A stretch of 41,850 nucleotides of DNA from a virus: the IMG/VR virus record IMGVR_UViG_3300045988_136506; one strand, given 5' to 3'. Below the pieces are notes generated by a model that was not told where the DNA came from, made no database searches, and worked only from the letters and a program-made list of their open reading frames with translations. Each line of letters begins with the position of its first letter. Position 1 is the stretch's first letter. The translations under genes were made by a program, and so were the position numbers. Of this stretch, positions 25,780-34,169 are shown piece after piece.

Positions 25780-27153
25780 TTAAGTTGTCTCAGAAACAAC
25801 TAGTGTTTCTCCAGTATTAACATTTACCCAATTGCTATCGCCTTCATCATACAAATAAGCTTCTGCAAATTGTGCAACATTATTGCTATCTCCTATGTAA
25901 ACTCCTTTAACTGGAATAGTAGCTTGATTACTAATCAATTCAAACGAATAATTATTATTACCATGAGAATAAATTAATACATTATTATTGTCTAAAGTCA
26001 TTCCACTAGGTGTAAACATATATATTGCGGTACTATATGTTGAACTAGCGCTTTTACCACCAAATATATAAATCTTTCCATTCACTTCACTACAGCATGC
26101 TTGTGATAATCTAGTAGGTAATCTTATATTTAAAGTAGTAAGTGTTTCAGTTGTTGGGTCAAATTTATAAATAATATTTTCATATGAAGCATAACTATAT
26201 CCACCAAATATATAAATCTTTCCATTCACTTCACTACAGCATGCTTCACTTAAGCCATTACTCGCAGGAATTGTTGCACTTAAAGTCGTGATTGCCTCAG
26301 TTGAGGTGTCAAACTTTTGTATAATTTTACCTTGAGTTTTATAGTTAGCACTACTTTCTCCGCCAAATATATAAATATATTTGCCTGATCTCGCATAACA
26401 TGAATTACTCGAACCATATTGCAATGTTGCGCTTAAAGTTGTGAGCGTTTCGGTTGTTGTATCAAATTTATAAATAGTTTTATAGTAAGTACTACCCAAA
26501 TAACCACCAAATATATAAATATTATTTCCAAATTTAGCACACTTTGGTCTATATATATTAGGAAAACTTACTGTTATTTCTTCAATTGTTTCAGTTGTTA
26601 TATTAAATTTGTGAATTGGATTATTAGGTGGGAATATATAAATATAATTTCCTACTAACGCACAAGCTCCAGAAGCGCTTGTGCTTGTGGCTATTGTGCT
26701 TAAAGTTTTGGTTATAGTATTAAATTTATAAATTATACTACCAACTGGTATATAAATATAATTACCAGCTGTAACGCAACTTAAGTTACTTAATTGAGGC
26801 ATTACTTGAGTTAAAGTTTCAATAGCTTCATTAACAGAACCATTTAACTCACTATCTACTTTAAATGTTAATTCAGTACTATCATTTAAAATACATAATT
26901 TTTTATGGTTAGCTGTTAGAATATCATTTGCGTTGCTAGTAACAAGTATATTGTCTGTAATATTAGCACCAGTTGATAAATTCTCCACTAAAGTTTCAAT
27001 CTCTTCAACTAGCGCCTTATTTTGGTTAACTAAATCAGTGTTTGAACTAACTAAGCTTTCACTTACTGGATCAGCGCAATCGGCTGGTAATTCGATTAAT
27101 TTATTATTAAGAGTTATTAATTTTCCATCAACTGATAAATATCTTTTTGCCAT
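25780..27153 (-). CDS. Kelch-repeat beta-propeller protein
   Basis: About six ~50-aa repeats, each carrying G(K/N)(Y/I)IYIFGG...IYKFD..TETLTTL, which matches the Kelch motif. Total 457 aa. Confidence 0.65.
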   Translation of the reverse strand: MAKRYLSVDGKLITLNNKLIELPADCADPVSESLVSSNTDLVNQNKALVEEIETLVENLSTGANITDNILVTSNANDILTANHKKLCILNDSTELTFKVDSELNGSVNEAIETLTQVMPQLSNLSCVTAGNYIYIPVGSIIYKFNTITKTLSTIATSTSASGACALVGNYIYIFPPNNPIHKFNITTETIEEITVSFPNIYRPKCAKFGNNIYIFGGYLGSTYYKTIYKFDTTTETLTTLSATLQYGSSNSCYARSGKYIYIFGGESSANYKTQGKIIQKFDTSTEAITTLSATIPASNGLSEACCSEVNGKIYIFGGYSYASYENIIYKFDPTTETLTTLNIRLPTRLSQACCSEVNGKIYIFGGKSASSTYSTAIYMFTPSGMTLDNNNVLIYSHGNNNYSFELISNQATIPVKGVYIGDSNNVAQFAEAYLYDEGDSNWVNVNTGETLVVSETT

Positions 27154-27156
27154 ATG

Positions 27157-28191
27157 TTATACCTCATAAAATGGAATTAATAGTGAAACTATAATAACAT
27201 CATCCACATTTGTAGTTGGAATTGACAGTATATGTGTTTGAGTGTGATATGTTCCAGGATGTCCTGTTTCATCAAAATCCAAATTATGAAAAGTGAATAA
27301 TCCACTAGTAATTTCCTCAGCACTATTACGCTTATGATAGTAGTATAAACCTGATTTAGTAAGTGTCACATAATAGCATTCTGGTTCTTCTTCTGAGTCA
27401 AACGCACCAGTTAATACTGTGTTAATAGATTTTACTTTAGTAACATCTGCACTAGTTAATACTGTGTTAATAGATTTTACTTTAGTAACATCTGCACTAG
27501 TTAAATCTAAAGCTGGAATAACAGTATTATCAACTGCGGTTGTTTCAGCAATAGCAATTTGAACGCTATATGTTGCTCCATTAGTAAATGTGAAAACTAA
27601 ATTTCCGCTTTGGTCTTTACTTAATCCAGTGATAACTGCACCTTCAACTATAAGTCTCCACTTAGTTGTATCAGTTGGTAATATTCCAGTAATTTCAGCA
27701 TCACTAATACACATGTAAGAGGAATAGTTGTAATATACAATGTTAGGTCTTTTATAAGCCTTTGTTGAGTCATAATCACTTACATAAAGTCCATTTAAAA
27801 TAGCTTTAGCTTGAAGCTCTATTTCTTCAATTTCGGCTATTTCTTCATTACTTGGTTGAGTGTAATTGGTCGGTTTTAATCTTGGAATAATTGGAATTGT
27901 AATAGATTTGATAGTTTTATAGGTTAAGCCAGTATTTGTATAGATATAGGCTAGAATATCGTATTTTTCACCTAGAAGTGTGTTAGGAATTGATACTTCA
28001 CAAGTTCCATCATTTTTAAGTATGCCTTGAACTGCTAAAGCTTCAATTGATTTCTTATTGCAAAAATGTACTTTTGGGCTAACAGCTTCAAAATCAATAC
28101 CGCTTATTACAAGTGTTTGGTATGAGTCCCATTGGTAGAGGTTCTCGGTTGTTAAATCGTTTATCGATTCATTAAATTCAGCTTTTATCAT
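27157..28191 (-). CDS. hypothetical protein translationally coupled to MuF; contains a perfect 15-aa tandem duplication
   Basis: 344-aa ORF overlapping the MuF gene by 14 nt. The peptide SADVTKVKSINTVLT occurs twice. Confidence 0.5.
   Translation of the reverse strand: MIKAEFNESINDLTTENLYQWDSYQTLVISGIDFEAVSPKVHFCNKKSIEALAVQGILKNDGTCEVSIPNTLLGEKYDILAYIYTNTGLTYKTIKSITIPIIPRLKPTNYTQPSNEEIAEIEEIELQAKAILNGLYVSDYDSTKAYKRPNIVYYNYSSYMCISDAEITGILPTDTTKWRLIVEGAVITGLSKDQSGNLVFTFTNGATYSVQIAIAETTAVDNTVIPALDLTSADVTKVKSINTVLTSADVTKVKSINTVLTGAFDSEEEPECYYVTLTKSGLYYYHKRNSAEEITSGLFTFHNLDFDETGHPGTYHTQTHILSIPTTNVDDVIIVSLLIPFYEV
27411..27500. repeat. perfect 45-bp x 2 tandem duplication inside CDS 27157..28191
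   Basis: 27411-27455 is identical to 27456-27500 (ttaatactgtgttaatagattttactttagtaacatctgcactag). A degenerate partial third copy follows. Confidence 0.85.
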
Positions 28192-29113
28192 TTGTTACCC
28201 TCCAAAATTCTCTTTTGAATTCTTCATAGTCTTCTTTATTTTTAAATTCCATAAGTTCATTATCTTCACCATTCATTTTAGTGAATGATTTATCAAGATT
28301 CCATTTTGCTCTTTGGTTAACCACACAACGGCAATTAATATCTTCACTTGGAATTCCAAAACCACCTGGATACATGGCTTCATCACCATCAGCATTTTTA
28401 AATGGTTTATCAATATCAACTACTTGTCCATCTAAGAATCTGTGATTTGATCTAGTTTTTCCATCCAGTGTAGCGTCCCATTCTCTTACAATATTAGCGC
28501 CTTTTTTCTTGGCTTTAACTTGAGCGTTATAAGTTGATTCTTGGGATATTCTATGTCCCTCAGTTCTTGCAATTCTTAATGAGTTATTGTAAGTATTTTG
28601 GCTTGCGTTTCTAATTAGGCTTGCCATTTTTTCATAGGAATAACCTTGACTTATTCCACGTGATACCTCACTTCTAATTATACGCTTTAAATCCTTAATT
28701 TCAATACCTAAGCTATCGTATAAACTCTTGGATAACTTAGTATTTAATTGGACAGCTTTAACTACTTGTTCTTGGTCTATTGGGAATATTAAGGGTATGC
28801 CTTGATTTTGTAAGTCGTACAGTGTACCAATCCAAGATTCTTCATAGCATTTAGTAAGATATTCACTAATAGTAGTAAAGTTTTGAGTGTGTAATCGGTC
28901 TAAAATAGCTTCTATTTGCTTTTTTAGAGCTTTTTGATATTCCACTTGATAAATTATACTTTGTAAGTTTTGCGTGTCCGTACGTGCCTGTAAATCAACT
29001 ATTTTAACCATTATATCTTGAAGTGCTTTTTCATAAGTCTTAGTTATTTCTTCAATAAGTTCAGCTTCATTTTTAAGCACTTGCTTTTGAACTCTTTTTT
29101 GGTATCTATTCAT
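28178..29113 (-). CDS. head morphogenesis protein (MuF / SPP1 gp7 family)
   Basis: Conserved RIARTEGHR motif. The 311-aa ORF lies immediately downstream of the portal. Confidence 0.75.
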   Translation of the reverse strand: MNRYQKRVQKQVLKNEAELIEEITKTYEKALQDIMVKIVDLQARTDTQNLQSIIYQVEYQKALKKQIEAILDRLHTQNFTTISEYLTKCYEESWIGTLYDLQNQGIPLIFPIDQEQVVKAVQLNTKLSKSLYDSLGIEIKDLKRIIRSEVSRGISQGYSYEKMASLIRNASQNTYNNSLRIARTEGHRISQESTYNAQVKAKKKGANIVREWDATLDGKTRSNHRFLDGQVVDIDKPFKNADGDEAMYPGGFGIPSEDINCRCVVNQRAKWNLDKSFTKMNGEDNELMEFKNKEDYEEFKREFWRVTNDKS

Positions 29114-29115
29114 GG

Positions 29116-30537
29116 TTATTCACCACTTAACAAGTTTTGAGCTTCTTGGTTTAATTCAGCTTCACTTTTAGGTAGCTTATCTTTAATTTCTTCATAATCG
29201 ATATCGAGGACTTTACATATATTTTGTAAAATGGTCTCTTTATCAATTACACTAGCCACATTAAGTAAAGTATTAACCATTACAGCTTTAGTATCAGCTT
29301 CAACTTTTTCAATATTAGCGTTATCAGAAGCATTGGTCATTACTTCACGGTCAAACTCAAAGTAAACATCTTTTAATGAATAAGCTGTTTCATTACCAGT
29401 TGAGTTAATTTCATCAAGTACAACTTGAACTATCTTTGATAAGAACGCTCTTAATTGCTTTTCAAACTTATTACATTTTAGATCCAACAAAGCATACCTT
29501 GATTTAATTACAACATTAGTGATATTTCCATCACCCAATTGGCAACTATTGAAGCCCATACCAAATCTATAAATGTTTTTTTCATCAAGTTCAAGCTTTG
29601 CAACTCTTGCTTGATACGGAATATTAATTGTTTTAATGTCTACACTTCCACCTTCACCAACTCCAACTGTCTTTTTAGTTTTAAAGTTAGTAATTAATTC
29701 ATCTAAGTTATCACCTTGGAATCCACTTACAGCATAAATAGGGAAGTCAAAGTCTTGAATATTATTTGATAAGCCACATGCCATTAAATCGTAATCATCA
29801 ATTAAAGGCTTAATAGCGTATAAATCGGACATTTCAAACTTGTTATTTTTAAGCTTAAAGAATGGAATATAGCCTAGTGAAGCGCCATATTCTTCGCCTT
29901 TACGCTCATAAACAACATGCGGTCTAGGATTTAATTCAACGGATTCATCAATAGTGATTTTACCTTCGCCATCTTGGACATAATAGTAAACAAATTCTTT
30001 ATCCCATACTTGGATTTTAGTAATCTTTTCTTGGTTTTTGCCAATTCTTTCAATGTAATGATAGATAACATATTCGCAATTATCATCACTTTCAGTTTTT
30101 CTAACTTCAACAACGTTCATGGAATCAGCGCTTAAGAATTTAGTTCTACCTTCGCTTGATTTATAAGCGTACATATAACCAAATCCACGTGATTTACAAT
30201 CAGTACCAGTATTAACTAATTCGTTGATAAATTCAGCGTTAAAGTAATTATCTAATTCTTCTTGAAGCTCTGGAATTTTGGATTTAACAATCTTTTCACC
30301 ACTAAACATATATTGAATGCATTGATCAACAAGTTCAGTAAAGAATGGATGTGCAATTTTAATGTTGCTTCTATACTTATCTTCAACCAAATTACCATCA
30401 GCATCATAGTAAAACATTCTATAATTTCTTATATCATGAACTCCACGGTAATAGTCATCACCTTTTTTAGCTTTAGTTTTTACTTCTGAAGTTTTATCAT
30501 TAGTAATTAAAGTTTTAATTTCTTCTATTTTTAACAT
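29116..30537 (-). CDS. portal protein
   Basis: 473-aa ORF between TerL and MuF, with the size and position of an SPP1 gp6-type portal. Confidence 0.75.
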   Translation of the reverse strand: MLKIEEIKTLITNDKTSEVKTKAKKGDDYYRGVHDIRNYRMFYYDADGNLVEDKYRSNIKIAHPFFTELVDQCIQYMFSGEKIVKSKIPELQEELDNYFNAEFINELVNTGTDCKSRGFGYMYAYKSSEGRTKFLSADSMNVVEVRKTESDDNCEYVIYHYIERIGKNQEKITKIQVWDKEFVYYYVQDGEGKITIDESVELNPRPHVVYERKGEEYGASLGYIPFFKLKNNKFEMSDLYAIKPLIDDYDLMACGLSNNIQDFDFPIYAVSGFQGDNLDELITNFKTKKTVGVGEGGSVDIKTINIPYQARVAKLELDEKNIYRFGMGFNSCQLGDGNITNVVIKSRYALLDLKCNKFEKQLRAFLSKIVQVVLDEINSTGNETAYSLKDVYFEFDREVMTNASDNANIEKVEADTKAVMVNTLLNVASVIDKETILQNICKVLDIDYEEIKDKLPKSEAELNQEAQNLLSGE

Positions 30538-30570
30538 TTTTCACCTCTTAAATAATTACATACAATGTAA

Positions 30571-31938
30571 TTAGTAAAGCCATTGTCCTATTGGCTGATT
30601 ATGTTCATAAACACCTGTTACGGCATCTGGACAGTCATCATGTGCGTTTTTACCTTCTTTTTGATACCTTATCATCATATCCGCAAACTCAGGATATTTA
30701 TCAATCCAGTTATGAGGGTAAAACACATGAGCCATAACTGAAGCGCTGTTTGAAAATATTCTAGCTTGCTTATTTTCACTTTGGTGAAACCATTGGATAT
30801 TCGTATGAGTGTTTTTTAATTTTTGACATTCAGTTTTTACATTTCTTGCAAAACTTCGACCGCCATTATTAGATTCAATAATAGCACAACCCACTTTATC
30901 TTTAGTTACCATTTTAGCCACCATTGGTTCAGTTACTTCCATAGGCTCTTTAGTACAAACTATATCAAGTATGTAATAATCTTCTCCAACAACTAAATAA
31001 TCAATTGAGCATAAATAGTCTTCTCCAGTATCAGCCGTATCAGTGTAATTAAGAATATATTTATAATTCTTTGGTAATTCGGTATAAGTTTTGAATTGAG
31101 TATATAAGCGACCTTTAATATCGATTGGCTCTTGTTGATAGTTAGCTTCAACTATCTCCTTACTCATTGACTTAGTTTTAAATAAAAAATCTTCTTTGTT
31201 TAAAATTTCATCACATAGCATTGAGCCGTTTTCTTGAAGTGCTTTATAGTTGATATGTCTACATGGATAGTTATCTAGTATATAGCCAGCTAAGTCTTTT
31301 TTAGCCCATCTAGTCATGATTATGATTAACTTAAATCCACTCTCAGTACGTGATAGCATTGTGTCCGTAAACCAGCTTATATGCTTATTTAGCGTGTTTT
31401 CGTTAAAAGCTTCTTCACTTGATTTAATCAAGTCATCAATAATCATAATGTTACAACCAAATCCAGTTGCAGTACCATTTGGTGATGTTGCCAGATAGTT
31501 CGTTTGTTGAGAACCTTCCAAAGCCCATTTATTAGCGCTTGATTCACCACGCTTAACTTTTGTATCAGGGAATATATCAGAATAAGACAATATACCTTGT
31601 GTTTTTTCTTCAAGAATTGCATCACGGACTTGTTTAGCAAAAGTCATAGATAATGTTTCATTGTATGATCCAGTCATAACTTTGTTGTGAATAGATTGAC
31701 CAAATAACCATTTTACGAATTGTGTAGCAGTTCTACTTTTTCCGTGTCTCGGTGGTAAATTGATTACCAGGATTTTTTCATCCGATTCGTAGAAGCTTTG
31801 AAGCTGATAGCACATGTCTTTTAAGAATGGTCTTGACTCTCTATAAAAATCTGAAGCAGTTAATTTACAAAATTCCCAAAAATCCCTACGTGCTAACTCA
31901 AGCTTAGCTTGATAAATTATTTCACTTGGAATCCCCAT
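30571..31938 (-). CDS. terminase large subunit
   Basis: P-loop PPRHGKS; the ATPase is followed by a nuclease domain. The ORF is 455 aa and follows TerS with a 17-nt overlap. Confidence 0.85.
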   Translation of the reverse strand: MGIPSEIIYQAKLELARRDFWEFCKLTASDFYRESRPFLKDMCYQLQSFYESDEKILVINLPPRHGKSRTATQFVKWLFGQSIHNKVMTGSYNETLSMTFAKQVRDAILEEKTQGILSYSDIFPDTKVKRGESSANKWALEGSQQTNYLATSPNGTATGFGCNIMIIDDLIKSSEEAFNENTLNKHISWFTDTMLSRTESGFKLIIIMTRWAKKDLAGYILDNYPCRHINYKALQENGSMLCDEILNKEDFLFKTKSMSKEIVEANYQQEPIDIKGRLYTQFKTYTELPKNYKYILNYTDTADTGEDYLCSIDYLVVGEDYYILDIVCTKEPMEVTEPMVAKMVTKDKVGCAIIESNNGGRSFARNVKTECQKLKNTHTNIQWFHQSENKQARIFSNSASVMAHVFYPHNWIDKYPEFADMMIRYQKEGKNAHDDCPDAVTGVYEHNQPIGQWLY

Positions 31939-32353
31939 TGTCGATAAGTTTCTTTAACTCTTCAGTTGTTAAGTCTTTCAAAGGATTTTTAACTTCAGCA
32001 TTTACATTTACATTTTCGGTCGGTTTATCGCCTATAGAATCACGTATGTATTGAGCGCTTGCTAAATCACCATTTAAAGCTCTTTGGACTTGTCTTAATT
32101 GAATTGCTTCATTAACTGTTATATTCTTACCTTTTAACCCTTTAAAGCTCTTTATTTCTTCAATATCAGCTTCTTTACGCTTTTCTAATGGCATTGATAA
32201 GAATATCTCAAGTATTGCTTTCGTGCGTTTTCTTTTACGCATTACTTCAACTGATTTTTTTCCACCCTTGGATGAATTGACTCTTCTTTCTTCAGCAGTA
32301 AAGGTCTTTCCAAAGTTCTCAGGTGGATTTCCTCTACTTGGTTTAGTAGCCAT
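31922..32353 (-). CDS. terminase small subunit
   Basis: 143-aa basic protein with an HTH, located directly upstream of TerL. Confidence 0.6.
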   Translation of the reverse strand: MATKPSRGNPPENFGKTFTAEERRVNSSKGGKKSVEVMRKRKRTKAILEIFLSMPLEKRKEADIEEIKSFKGLKGKNITVNEAIQLRQVQRALNGDLASAQYIRDSIGDKPTENVNVNAEVKNPLKDLTTEELKKLIDNGDSK

Positions 32354-32361
32354 AATATCAC

Positions 32362-32478
32362 CTACTTTCTTTTAACTGTCTTTTTTGTTGGTTTTGGTCT
32401 AGGGTGTGTACCATTCATTTTATTGGCAGTTTCTTTGTTCATTTTTTCAAATAGTTTATCTATTTCTTTATCTGTCAT
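32362..32478 (-). CDS. 38-aa Lys-rich micro-ORF (MTDKEIDKLFEKMNKETANKMNGTHPRPKPTKKTVKRK)
   Basis: RBS AAAGGAGA. The stop lies 8 nt before the TerS start. Its C-terminus is paralogous to the 37-aa peptide at 33297..33410. Confidence 0.35.
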   Translation of the reverse strand: MTDKEIDKLFEKMNKETANKMNGTHPRPKPTKKTVKRK

Positions 32479-32493
32479 AATTCATTCTCCTTT

Positions 32494-33297
32494 CTACCAT
32501 TTATTGCTTCCAGCTTTAATAGTTTTACTCATTGTTATAGCATTTCTACTTAAGATATTATAGTAACCCCCACCGCTAGTAATTACATTATACCCTTTTG
32601 CCATAGCATATATACTAACTGCTGATGATTGATCACATTTACGTAATGCTTTACCTAACTTTGAACCACTTCTCATTTCACTTAGCATACCACTAGTTGC
32701 TTTACTATAAGTAATTATCTTGGCATTGGAATTTAATTTAGCTCTAACAACAGCTGTTTTCTTAATATTACCTCTAGTATTACCATAAAGGTTTGATTCA
32801 CCATAATCATCGGCAAAATAAATACCTCTACCATAAACTGAACCACCACTATCAGATACTCTAGTAACTGAACCACGTTGAACTTGTGATGCGATTGTAT
32901 CAGCATCCCACCTCATTCTATTTGTGCTATCATTAACTGAATTGACTGTTCTGAATAGTTCAGTTCCATTCATTGTATCAAGTACATTGTCATCTACTAA
33001 TTGAGGTTTGTCGTTTAAGCCCAAATTATACGTAAATTTTTGGAAGTCATTATCAGCTAAGAATACTGGGGCATCTTGAGATGCTAAATTTGATATTGCA
33101 TCAGCTTTTTGGTCATCACTCATATCCATAAAATTATTATAGTTTGTGCTAAATGATTGAGCTTGTTGGGTTGTATCAACTTGTGGTTGGGTTTGTTGTA
33201 CCTGAGAATTTTGAGGATTAACTTTTTGTGTAGCTGCATTAACAGTTGATGCAGATGATCCAGCGGTTCTCTTTCCCCCACGTGATGATTTAGCCAT
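32494..33297 (-). CDS. ADP-ribosyltransferase-like protein (PARP-like GIYFA motif) sharing its N-terminus with the upstream ART
   Basis: N-terminus MAKSSRGGKR followed by a Q/S/T/N-rich linker. ELFRTV supplies an Arg; YGRGIYFADDYGE supplies a PARP/ART-like G-I-Y-F-A motif. 267 aa. Confidence 0.4.
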   Translation of the reverse strand: MAKSSRGGKRTAGSSASTVNAATQKVNPQNSQVQQTQPQVDTTQQAQSFSTNYNNFMDMSDDQKADAISNLASQDAPVFLADNDFQKFTYNLGLNDKPQLVDDNVLDTMNGTELFRTVNSVNDSTNRMRWDADTIASQVQRGSVTRVSDSGGSVYGRGIYFADDYGESNLYGNTRGNIKKTAVVRAKLNSNAKIITYSKATSGMLSEMRSGSKLGKALRKCDQSSAVSIYAMAKGYNVITSGGGYYNILSRNAITMSKTIKAGSNKW

Positions 33298-33410
33298 TAC
33301 TTACCACGCTTCACTTTCTTAGTACTAGGTTTTTTGGTAACTTTTATTCCAGTGTTACCATTCCACCTATCATAGTCTTTTGGACTTGATTTTGTTTTTG
33401 TGTTTGCCAT
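33297..33410 (-). CDS. 37-aa Lys-rich micro-ORF (MANTKTKSSPKDYDRWNGNTGIKVTKKPSTKKVKRGK)
   Basis: RBS GGGGTGA. The stop TAA overlaps the ATG of the downstream ART-like gene (TAATG). Confidence 0.35.
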   Translation of the reverse strand: MANTKTKSSPKDYDRWNGNTGIKVTKKPSTKKVKRGK

Positions 33411-33422
33411 ATTTATCACCCC

Positions 33423-34169
33423 TTAAAATGTTTCAACATCTAAAATAACTCTTGGTCTTGAGCCTTTATTTCTAGGTGTTGCATATGTTCCATCATAATG
33501 AATACCTGTAATTCTTAAATTAGTGCCTTTATTCATTACAATTTCACTTTGAGCTTTAGCCCCTAAAACAACTTTACTATTGCTAGAAGCTTTAATATTC
33601 ATCACCACTTCTCTACCACCACCTAAAGGTTGATTAGGCGCAAATGGTGATTTACTAGCGTTATATGAGGTACTCATATATGCTGTTGTTTTTAATTCAG
33701 TACCAATTAATTTTGATTGTAATTGTGAATCGCTTAATTTTGTATAATCGCTAATACCGCACTTTTGTAAAATATCATCATGACAGTATCTTACTAAGTT
33801 AGTATCTTTACCTAAATCGTGCATACCGTTTTGTAGATTATCATTAATCCACCTTTCAGTTGCATTTAAAGGTAATCCATTATCCAATTTGTAATTCATA
33901 GATTGTGAATATGAATAGCCTTGACTATCTACCGCATCTGATATGTACATTTTTTGAGCTGATACAAAGTCAGGGTCTTGATATGAATCAGCATTAGCAC
34001 TAATAATTGCTTGTGCATCATTATCATCCATATTTTGATATGATCTAGTTTGAGTTGTGTTTATATTACCAGTTTGTCTAGCTGGTGTATTAGATTGAGC
34101 TATTGAAGCCCCTCTTCCTGGGTTTGGTGCAACACCACCTCTTCTTCCACCTCTTGAACTTTTAGCCAT
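33423..34169 (-). CDS. R-S-E class ADP-ribosyltransferase (C3/iota-like motif spacing)
   Basis: N-terminus MAKSSRGGRR. Arg region LVRYCHD, STS motif YMSTSYN about 40 aa later, and Q-x-E (AQSEIVMN) about 40 aa after that. The spacing matches binary-toxin/C3 ARTs. 248 aa. Confidence 0.55.
   Translation of the reverse strand: MAKSSRGGRRGGVAPNPGRGASIAQSNTPARQTGNINTTQTRSYQNMDDNDAQAIISANADSYQDPDFVSAQKMYISDAVDSQGYSYSQSMNYKLDNGLPLNATERWINDNLQNGMHDLGKDTNLVRYCHDDILQKCGISDYTKLSDSQLQSKLIGTELKTTAYMSTSYNASKSPFAPNQPLGGGREVVMNIKASSNSKVVLGAKAQSEIVMNKGTNLRITGIHYDGTYATPRNKGSRPRVILDVETF

Noticed and set aside
25792-25810. Perfect AGAAACA-actag-TGTTTCT palindrome
   Set aside because: It lies inside the C-terminal codons of the Kelch gene (…GETLVVSETT). 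No T-run follows, so it is probably coincidental.
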